The notes beneath the pieces were generated by a model that had not been told where the DNA came from, searched no databases, and saw only the letters and a program-made list of their open reading frames with translations. From Candidatus Lokiarchaeum ossiferum (GTDB lineage: Archaea > Asgardarchaeota > Lokiarchaeia > Sigyniarchaeales > Promethearchaeaceae), in NCBI GenBank assembly GCA_025839675.1, contig CP104013.1, positions 390,001 through 422,000 of the forward strand: a stretch of 32,000 nt of DNA, read 5' to 3'. Shown piece by piece: positions 7,617 to 19,636 of the stretch. The translations under genes were made by a program, and so were the position numbers. How positions within the stretch are numbered: the stretch's first letter is position 1; every line of letters begins with the position of its first letter.

Positions 7617-8459
7617 ATGAAATCAACAGAATATTCAGAAAAAGTTTTGGATCATTTTAAAAATCCAAGAAATGTTGGAACGTTATCAGGAGCAAATGTC
7701 GCCAGTGGAAGAGTTGGAAATCCTACATGTGGTGATATTATGGAAATTTTCATAGAAGTTAAGGATGAAGTCATCAAAGATATCAAATTTAAAACCTTCG
7801 GCTGTGGATCTGCAGTAGCGACTAGCAGTATGGCAACAGTTATGGTAAAAGGTATGACCTTGGATGAAGCTTTGAAAGTAACAAAGAAGGATGTTGCAAA
7901 TGAATTAGATGGTTTACCCCCAATTAAAATGCACTGTAGTAATTTGGCTGAAGAAGCTTTACATGAGGCGATAAAAAATTACCGAGAAGGTAAAGTTGGG
8001 GTGTTTCCAGACCAAGAAAAGAAGGATGAAGAAGAAGAAAAGGTCACACCGATGAATATTAAGGGTGAACTCGATTATTTAGGTAAGGGATTAAGCTATA
8101 ATGTCACAAACATAGAAGAATTTAGAGACAAGCGTACGTTATTACTCTATACATCAGAGGAAACCATTGAAAAAGCTATTGAACTGACAAAAGTTACTGG
8201 CAGAGTTATTCTTCTTTCACCTCAAAAAACCCTCCAAATTTCTTCTGAATTAAAGAAACGCTTAAATCAATCCGATGTTAAAACTCTCCTTGAGTCTCAA
8301 TTACTTGAAGTAATGGGTGAAGGAGAAGTCGAAAAAGTTAAAATTTTAAACTTAGATGAAGACGAAACCTATGAATTGTTTATAGATGCCTTAGTTATCT
8401 TGCAAGGGATTAAACTCGTGAATCAATGTGCTGATGATGATACATTATTTTCCGAGTAA
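7617..8459 (+). CDS. iscU: IscU/NifU-type Fe-S scaffold (aa 1-125) fused through an acidic linker to a degenerate thioredoxin-reductase-like NAD(P)H-domain relic (aa ~157-270)
   Basis: The IscU motifs NPTCGD, FGCGSAVATSS and MHCSNLAEEAL give three Cys ligands plus Asp. The C-terminal half aligns by eye with E. coli TrxB residues ~130-250. Examples: GLSYNVTN vs GVSACATCD, TIEKAIELTKVTGRVILL vs AVEEALYLSNIASEVHLI, LLEVMGEGEVEKVKIL, LFIDALVILQG. Confidence 0.85.
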   Translation: MKSTEYSEKVLDHFKNPRNVGTLSGANVASGRVGNPTCGDIMEIFIEVKDEVIKDIKFKTFGCGSAVATSSMATVMVKGMTLDEALKVTKKDVANELDGLPPIKMHCSNLAEEALHEAIKNYREGKVGVFPDQEKKDEEEEKVTPMNIKGELDYLGKGLSYNVTNIEEFRDKRTLLLYTSEETIEKAIELTKVTGRVILLSPQKTLQISSELKKRLNQSDVKTLLESQLLEVMGEGEVEKVKILNLDEDETYELFIDALVILQGIKLVNQCADDDTLFSE

Positions 8460-8486
8460 TTTCCATTTTCTATTATTAGAGAATTA

Positions 8487-8496
8487 TTTTTTTTTT
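8487..8496 (+). terminator. Oligo-T tract (T10), candidate archaeal terminator of the tusA-iscU operon
   Basis: A run of 10 T lies 28 nt after the iscU stop codon. Oligo-T tracts are the known archaeal termination signal. Confidence 0.4.
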
Positions 8497-8667
8497 GGTT
8501 GGAAAAATCGCATTATTTCAACAGAACTAGCTTTTTTATAGATTTTTTTAAAAATAATAACTCATTCAAATTTCATTTCCCAATTTGATTCCTAAACATA
8601 ATATTGATGTACAATTAGTTCCAAACTTGGAACAAGTTTTATTAATGAATAATTCAAATAACTTAAC

Positions 8668-10644
8668 ATGAAAATAAGTCAGAACGTGAACAAATTAGAC
8701 TTTTTATATGTGTTTTTTGTTATAATTGGGTATTTTCTTAAGTACTACCTTATAATGGTGGATCATTCCATCGTGTTGATAACTTGTATTATCATTTATA
8801 TCCTGTCAGAAAAGAATCTTGTAAATGACAAGACACAAAAGCTTCATGATAAATGGATATTTCCCTATTTAATTTTCTCAACATTTATATCAATCTTTTC
8901 GATCTTCTGGGAAATCTTTGATAAAGACGATTTTTCATTATACCTTGACCTAATTTTTATTGTTGTTGAAATTGCTTCATTAATATTTATTTTTTTAAAA
9001 TATAAAAAAAGCACAAATAATGAGCTAAGAGAAGCGAAAGATCTAAAATATATGAAAAAAATTGAGAAATTAGATTCCTTCTATTATTGGATATCATACT
9101 ATTTACGACCAGCGATAATTCTATTCATTTTATTCATTTGTTTAATTAGCGCAATAACTTGGACAAATATGTCATTTTCATCGTTTTTATTGGTAGAATT
9201 TAACCAAAGTAAATTATTGCACGTGATAATGATATTACTAGTCTACGGATACTTAGCGTTCTTTTTTATTACTCATTTTTCAATAAATTTAACAAAAAAA
9301 AAAGAAAGTTTTGATTTTAACTATAATATTAAAGAAAACTTAGAAGAATCTAAGGACTACAACACAAATAGTGAATTGTTTGAACGAGGAATTTTAAAAA
9401 TAGGAAAAAAAAGCATTCCAATTACGATATTCTTCTATTTTCCTATTCTGATAGTTGATATGACTTTATTCCTCACCTTGGAAAAAGACTTGATATATTG
9501 GACACCCTACAAAGTTATTCCCCAGTTAATTATCCCAGCAATAGGTATCTTGACAATTTTGGGAATGATCTTAAGTTTCAAGGATAATCGCCATAGTTTT
9601 CGTATTGAACAGATGTTGATGATTGCAAATTTCATAATGACAATAATTGCAATTATTCCTTCAGATTTTTATTCCGGTTTACAAGCTCTTAAATATATGC
9701 CATTATCGGTCGTTCTATTGTGGATCGTTGCTTTTTTACAAATTAGTATTTATCTGGCCCATATCTCCAAGATGGACTTTAGTAATAGAAGTTTAATCAT
9801 TTTAGAACTAATTTCAATCATATTTTGTTTATTTTTCTGGATAGCAACAGGTGCATATAAATTAGAATTCTCTGCTGGTTATTATACGAGTAATTTATTG
9901 ATGGATTTTGTAAGAAATCTGTTCTCGCTTGATAATTTCATATTCCTTTTTGTATTAGGTTCACTCATAGAAATACTTGGTGTTTTTGTCAAAAAGCCAA
10001 AATTACGTAAATTAATTAATATTATTCAGCTAATTCTATTAATTGGATATATTTTTCTATTTTTCAGATATTCAGTAACATTTAATGAAAATTCATTTTT
10101 CTCATGGCCCTCTTTACACTTGCAAAAAATTTTAGGAGTTTTGATGTTTGTTTCTACATATACCAGTTACATCGCCAGAATTTATGAGAAATCTGCAACC
10201 AGTAGTAAAGATTTCAGAAAATCTCTGATAATATCGATACTTTTGGTTGGAACAATAATAATAAATTTCTATTCAGTGCTAAACTTACCTTCTGACATTT
10301 TTTATAGCACAAGCGCAATTTCCAATGTTAGCTCCGGTTTATTGTTAATGCAAGTTGGTTACAGTATATTAATTATTTCAACAACTTTAATGTCATTCTT
10401 CTACAATTCGAAGAAAAAAAGATTAAAAACTAAAGGATTAGTAATTTGGCTTTCAGTCAATATAGTTCTTCAAATATTTCAGATGTGCCTCTGTATTTTT
10501 ATTTATCAATTTATTTTTGAAGATATTATCTGGTACATGATCTCGAGCATTATAGTATTAACTTTTTGGATATTTACTTTATACTTTCAATTAAAAGCCC
10601 CAAAAGAAGTTGTTCTCAAAGAAAATATAGCAATTGTGGAATAA
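8668..10644 (+). CDS. Large polytopic membrane protein of unknown function (658 aa, many predicted TM helices)
   Basis: ATG ORF with a dense series of hydrophobic 20-residue segments rich in Ile, Leu and Phe. I recognised no catalytic motif. Confidence 0.65.
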   Translation: MKISQNVNKLDFLYVFFVIIGYFLKYYLIMVDHSIVLITCIIIYILSEKNLVNDKTQKLHDKWIFPYLIFSTFISIFSIFWEIFDKDDFSLYLDLIFIVVEIASLIFIFLKYKKSTNNELREAKDLKYMKKIEKLDSFYYWISYYLRPAIILFILFICLISAITWTNMSFSSFLLVEFNQSKLLHVIMILLVYGYLAFFFITHFSINLTKKKESFDFNYNIKENLEESKDYNTNSELFERGILKIGKKSIPITIFFYFPILIVDMTLFLTLEKDLIYWTPYKVIPQLIIPAIGILTILGMILSFKDNRHSFRIEQMLMIANFIMTIIAIIPSDFYSGLQALKYMPLSVVLLWIVAFLQISIYLAHISKMDFSNRSLIILELISIIFCLFFWIATGAYKLEFSAGYYTSNLLMDFVRNLFSLDNFIFLFVLGSLIEILGVFVKKPKLRKLINIIQLILLIGYIFLFFRYSVTFNENSFFSWPSLHLQKILGVLMFVSTYTSYIARIYEKSATSSKDFRKSLIISILLVGTIIINFYSVLNLPSDIFYSTSAISNVSSGLLLMQVGYSILIISTTLMSFFYNSKKKRLKTKGLVIWLSVNIVLQIFQMCLCIFIYQFIFEDIIWYMISSIIVLTFWIFTLYFQLKAPKEVVLKENIAIVE

Positions 10645-10685
10645 TTTTTTCTTTTTTCAAAATCCAGACGCAATATAATCCCAAT

Positions 10686-11453
10686 TTATTTATCAAAATA
10701 TGAAATAATCATTTCAGTATTATATTCAAATACAACTTTGCCTTGAATTTGATTGTTATAAAAAATATTTTTGAGTTCCTCATACATTGGGGCATATTGA
10801 GGATCCTTTTCTAATGGTATGTATGAGGAAGAAAGAGTACGTCCAATAAAACCTTGAAAATCGAGTAATTGCTGGGTTTCAAAGTGATAATATTCATTAT
10901 GGTTGTTAGGGAAAAAATTTTCAAACAAAAGAGGCTTTTTCAAATAAGCATAATCTGATCCATATTTTAACATAATATCTTCATATATTTCATTAAAAGA
11001 TGAACCAACTGTTTTTCTTAAATTCCAAACGAGTAAAACGGTACCTCTTGATTTTAATATTCGTTTAAACTCAAAAATGGCTTGCTTCATGTCAAACCAA
11101 TGAAAAGCTTGCCCTACAGTTATCAGATCTATAGAATCCGATCTCAAAGAAGTAGCTTCGGCAGAACCATTTAATGGTTGAAAATTGGGATAAATCTGAA
11201 GTAATTTTGCCGATTCTTGGCGCATTTCAGAATTCGGCTCAATTCCGTAAACCAAATTATTTTCTTTTAAAAAAAGTTCGGATAAAATTCCGGTTCCTGA
11301 TCCAATATCTGCGATGGTAGTAGTTTCTTGGAGAATTCGTTTTTTTTTTAAGAGATTTATAATCTCATTAGGATAGCTAGGACGAAATTTCGAAAAATAT
11401 TTACTCCTTGAAGTGAAACGAGTTTTAGGGTCTGGCAGATCAAAATCCATCAT
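10686..11453 (-). CDS. Class I SAM-dependent methyltransferase
   Basis: Motif I is IADIGSGTGILSELF, post-I is VYGIEPN, and DLITVGQAFHWF is typical of the Methyltransf_11-like family. Confidence 0.85.
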   Translation of the reverse strand: MMDFDLPDPKTRFTSRSKYFSKFRPSYPNEIINLLKKKRILQETTTIADIGSGTGILSELFLKENNLVYGIEPNSEMRQESAKLLQIYPNFQPLNGSAEATSLRSDSIDLITVGQAFHWFDMKQAIFEFKRILKSRGTVLLVWNLRKTVGSSFNEIYEDIMLKYGSDYAYLKKPLLFENFFPNNHNEYYHFETQQLLDFQGFIGRTLSSSYIPLEKDPQYAPMYEELKNIFYNNQIQGKVVFEYNTEMIISYFDK

Positions 11454-11766
11454 ATATCATATAAATGTAACTAAATCTACAAAAAAAAATCTGTGCACTC
11501 GATTTGTATATATTTCATCCATTACAATAACCATGTAATTGATGTATGTGGTCGAAAATATGTAATTTACACCAACGATCAATTTCTTTACAAATTCAAT
11601 CACGTTTGATGATTTAGCATTGAAAGGGACATCTTTATTCTTAAAAAGTGTTGTATATGTATATCTACCAAAACAACTTGATTTAATTTTCTAAAATTCT
11701 TATTTTTTATACAGATTTAAAAAAAATTCTCAAATTGAAAGAAATTTTAAATGAAAGTGATTTATT

Positions 11767-12396
11767 ATGTCGATAGAATCAAAAATCAAAATATCCCCAA
11801 AGTTTAAACTAAATCCAGAGAAAAAAGTTGAGTGTAAAAATCACAGCAAAAAATTTGATGAAAAAACTGATGTTAGCAAAGTTTTCAAAGAAAAAGAATC
11901 AAATTGCTTGAATTGTGAACATTATAAAAACAACAATTGTGAGATTCCATCTATAAAAATAAAGAAAATAGCAAAAAACAATAATAAAGTTTTTTGTGAT
12001 TTCTGTGGTGAAAGAATAGATTCGGTAAACAGTTTGGTTTATGTGGACTACATTGAGTCAAAAAATAATGTAAAAATACCATTGTTATGTTGTACGTGTT
12101 TTAAGGCTTTGGAGAATAATAAAATATCTGTAGCATTTGAAAATCTTAAAAAACGAAAAATTTACGAAGATCTATTAGTTTCAGGAGCATTACTAATTGG
12201 AAATATAGTATTTCTGGTAATAATCATTAATGGAGCCATTTTGAATCAATCATTAAAGTTGATAGGGTGGTTTTTATTACTTGGAGGATTTGGAGTTTTC
12301 TTTTATCTACTCAAGTGGTTTTTGGAGTCGATCAAATATATTAAAAAACTCGGAAGATCTAAGGAGAAATTTAAGAATCTTTACGGATTGGAATAG
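11767..12396 (+). CDS. Cys-rich (zinc-ribbon-like) protein with two C-terminal TM helices, unknown function
   Basis: Cys motifs CLNCEHYKNNNC, FCDFCGERID and LLCCTCF, followed by LLVSGALLIGNIVFLVIIINGAIL and LIGWFLLLGGFGVFFYLL. Confidence 0.55.
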   Translation: MSIESKIKISPKFKLNPEKKVECKNHSKKFDEKTDVSKVFKEKESNCLNCEHYKNNNCEIPSIKIKKIAKNNNKVFCDFCGERIDSVNSLVYVDYIESKNNVKIPLLCCTCFKALENNKISVAFENLKKRKIYEDLLVSGALLIGNIVFLVIIINGAILNQSLKLIGWFLLLGGFGVFFYLLKWFLESIKYIKKLGRSKEKFKNLYGLE

Positions 12397-12425
12397 TTTT
12401 TTTTAAAAAACTCAAGGTTTATCTT

Positions 12426-12989
12426 ATGAATGAAAATCACACCTCAAAATTTATGACTAAAAAAAAAACTAATAAAATATTACGAGATTTTACTGAAAAA
12501 GGATTATCACTAAAGGAAGAAGAGAATTTTGTCCATGAAATTAAAGAATATGGAATAGAAAATAATTACACAACTCAAAGCATCAACTATCCAAAACTTA
12601 AACATTTTATTAGAAGATTTATCACATTTCAAGCATTTTCTGATGATAGCTCCATCCCCCTTCATGTTGTTTTTGAAGATGAAAGATGTGTAAACAACTA
12701 TTTCTTCCAATATTTGCGAGATGATTTCATAAACCATACTAAACGAAGTACAGTGTTTTTAAATATACGTCGTATTAAACTTAATTCTTTAATTACATGT
12801 TTGGTTGCATTATTAGCAGGAATTACTGAAATCTTAATTTTAAAAAATACAATGCTATGGTTAATCGTTTTATCACAGTTCATTAATCTTTTCGTTTTTT
12901 CTTTTCCACTACAACCTCTATTATATTATTTTTGGTATTCAATAAAAAGAAAACTACGTTTAGAAAAGATTTATGGGAAATCCAACTGA
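12426..12989 (+). CDS. Hypothetical protein with two C-terminal TM helices
   Basis: ATG ORF 29 nt after the previous gene. Hydrophobic segments LITCLVALLAGITEILIL and LWLIVLSQFINLFVFSF. No recognisable motif. Confidence 0.5.
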   Translation: MNENHTSKFMTKKKTNKILRDFTEKGLSLKEEENFVHEIKEYGIENNYTTQSINYPKLKHFIRRFITFQAFSDDSSIPLHVVFEDERCVNNYFFQYLRDDFINHTKRSTVFLNIRRIKLNSLITCLVALLAGITEILILKNTMLWLIVLSQFINLFVFSFPLQPLLYYFWYSIKRKLRLEKIYGKSN

Positions 12990-13104
12990 AAATTATTCTT
13001 TTATAACCATATCACTTTTTTTTTGACACTTTTTCATTCAAATTTGCATTTATTAAAAATTAAATTCATTTTGCTAATTAGTCGAGATTTTAAAAGCTGA
13101 AATT

Positions 13105-13404
13105 TCAACTAATATCACCCGCTTCAATTTTTCTATAAAGAGTAAGTTCTTCTTTAGACATTAAAATTTCACCAATACTTACTTTCGCTCCAAGATTTTC
13201 AATAGAATTGAGGATTGATTGATGAATTTCATCTTTATTTGGAAAATCTGCTGTTGGCCATACAATAGTTAGAGAGACTTCCTTTCCTTCTACAATAATA
13301 TCGCGAATCATTCCCATATCTATAAGAGAATATTTCAAAATGGGATGCATTTTTGATTTTAAGATATCCATTACTTCTAAACCAGAAATATTTACATAAT
13401 TCAT
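13105..13404 (-). CDS. DUF59/MIP18 (SufT-like) fold protein, degenerate
   Basis: VMDILKSKMHPILKYSLIDMGMIRDIIVEGKEVSLTIVWPTADFP follows the DUF59 pattern v-e-L-x-V-x-DPE...LGlv..i.v....v.v.m.lT...CP. DPE reads HPI here, and the Cys is Phe. Confidence 0.55.
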   Translation of the reverse strand: MNYVNISGLEVMDILKSKMHPILKYSLIDMGMIRDIIVEGKEVSLTIVWPTADFPNKDEIHQSILNSIENLGAKVSIGEILMSKEELTLYRKIEAGDIS

Positions 13405-13492
13405 TTGTTAGCACCTAAATAATAATAATCTATCATCAAATATCAAGAAAATGAAAAATCAGTAACCTGAATGAAATTAAGATACTCAAATA

Positions 13493-13533
13493 ATAAAATA
13501 AAAAGAGAAAAGTGGGGTCGTTATGACCCCACT
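13493..13533 (-). terminator. 9-bp hairpin followed (minus strand) by a T-rich tract immediately 3' of the 16S
   Basis: agtggggtc (13511-13519) pairs with gaccccact (13525-13533) across a 5-nt loop. On the minus strand this is followed by TTTCTCTTTTTATTTTATT. Confidence 0.4.
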
Positions 13534-13540
13534 TAATGGT

Positions 13541-15037
<1,497 letters not shown>

Positions 15038-15317
15038 ATTAATTCGTTCTCGATCCTTCCAAATGTTAAATTATCTCGCTATCGTTATAAACTTAAGTTT
15101 AAGAATTGGCAGGTTAACTCAGAGAGTTTACCTGCCCGTTGCTTCGTTGTAACTACATCGGTCCCCCTACTGTGTAAAAGGACTTCATATGTTTTCCCAA
15201 GTCGATGGAAAGGAGTGTTTCATATCAATGGCTATGCCGTGATCCACACTCACGCCGATAAAGACATGGGTTAGGTATAAGTGATGACTCACTTACAAAC
15301 TATATAATCACACCAGC

Positions 15318-15325
15318 TATATAAA
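15318..15325 (-). promoter_or_regulatory. Candidate TATA box (TTTATATA on the minus strand) in the 23S-16S spacer, possibly an independent 16S promoter
   Basis: Plus strand tatataaa equals minus strand TTTATATA, ~280 nt upstream of the 16S 5' end. A second ATTATATA-like element lies at 15301-15308. Confidence 0.3.
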
Positions 15326-15530
15326 GATATGCAAAGGTAAAGATTAAATAGCATGCATCCGCACCTGATGATATCAAGTTTACAAAATTGGCAGATTAGC
15401 AGAATAGAATAAGAAGTTTACTGAAGGAAAAGTCTATTTTAAGTTTTGTCCCAAAACAGCCCAAGCGCTTTTCGAAGAAAGAGACACTTTTTCTTGGGAG
15501 GGGATAAATAAGGAGGAGAGAGTAAAATCA

Positions 15531-15545
15531 GTCCATGGCAAAGTC
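15531..15545 (-). other. 3' strand of a long-range helix bracketing the 23S rRNA (putative processing stem)
   Basis: gtccatggcaaagtc is the reverse complement of 19105-19120 (gactttgccatgGgac) apart from one bulged G. It lies ~61 nt beyond the 23S 3' end. Confidence 0.55.
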
Positions 15546-15605
15546 CTGTTGTACCATTGTATTAGCTCTGTATGAAATCCGGTTCCTTGGCTGATTCAAA
15601 GCCAG

Positions 15606-18809
<3,204 letters not shown>

Positions 18810-19104
18810 TTAATCAGGAACGAACCCTGATTACTTATCTGAGACGAATTGTCTCGAACGGTCTTCATACTACTTCGTAGGTTATCAAAATCGTTGGGAG
18901 ACTTTTGATAACCTGGAATTTTAATACAATAATTAATTGTTTTTGACTTAATATGCATTTCACGATCTAGTTACTTTGCATATATGTGTCGGTACAACAT
19001 GTTATCCGAATTGAATGCTAATTGTAGTTCAAAAAGTAGAAGTGTACAAATTTAACACGAACATTGGATCACTTTAACCTGATCAGATGTTACAAAACGA
19101 ATAA

Positions 19105-19120
19105 GACTTTGCCATGGGAC
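19105..19120 (-). other. 5' strand of the long-range helix bracketing the 23S rRNA (putative processing stem)
   Basis: Complementary to 15531-15545: 13 contiguous bp, a 1-nt bulge, then 2 more bp. It lies ~296 nt upstream of the 23S 5' end. Confidence 0.55.
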
Positions 19121-19361
19121 CAATGTTCATGCGTAAACGCATGCTGAACGGAGATTCGCCCGGATATTCCGACTATTCCAATCAAACTGAGTGGTGTTCT
19201 GTAACAGAACCAATAATCAGACCGATGCCTCAACGTTCCCATATCAACACGAGATCGATGTTTTTGGCTTGTTGTCGGTCAAAACATCGTCGCACTTTTG
19301 ATATGCTTTTGAGATTAGATCGAGTTTGATAACTAAATCTAAGATAATAAGAGGTCTCTAA

Positions 19362-19369
19362 TATTTAAA
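19362..19369 (-). promoter_or_regulatory. Candidate TATA box (TTTAAATA on the minus strand) for the rRNA transcription unit
   Basis: Plus strand tatttaaa equals minus strand TTTAAATA, matching the archaeal TTTAWATA consensus. It lies between the end of the TPR gene (19637) and the 23S leader helix. A second ATTTAAAT lies at ~19391-19402. Confidence 0.35.
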
Positions 19370-19636
19370 GTTAATCAGTCATCGGGCGTAAAATTTAAAT
19401 TAATCGCTACAACGTCGTAATTCTGCAACATTGCATATAAGCCTTATGGCTGAAAAATTATTGTCGAAAAAATTGAATATATCTACTGAAGATTTAATAA
19501 CACATGCGCATTATTTTTGATCCAAGACATGAATCCAAAGATTTACCAATATTTAGATAACATAAAAGAAAATTATTTCACAATATGAGAAGAATATACT
19601 TAGAAGTTTGATACAATGGAAAAATAAAAATGAATT

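Noticed and set aside
15038-15605. A tRNA (e.g. tRNA-Ala) or 5S rRNA in the rRNA spacer or flanks; the same question applies to 18810-19636 and 13405-13540.
   Set aside because: I found no T-arm GGTTCGAATC-like or 5S GAAC/CCGAAC-type motif on either strand. This was a by-eye scan only and should be confirmed with tRNAscan-SE and Infernal.
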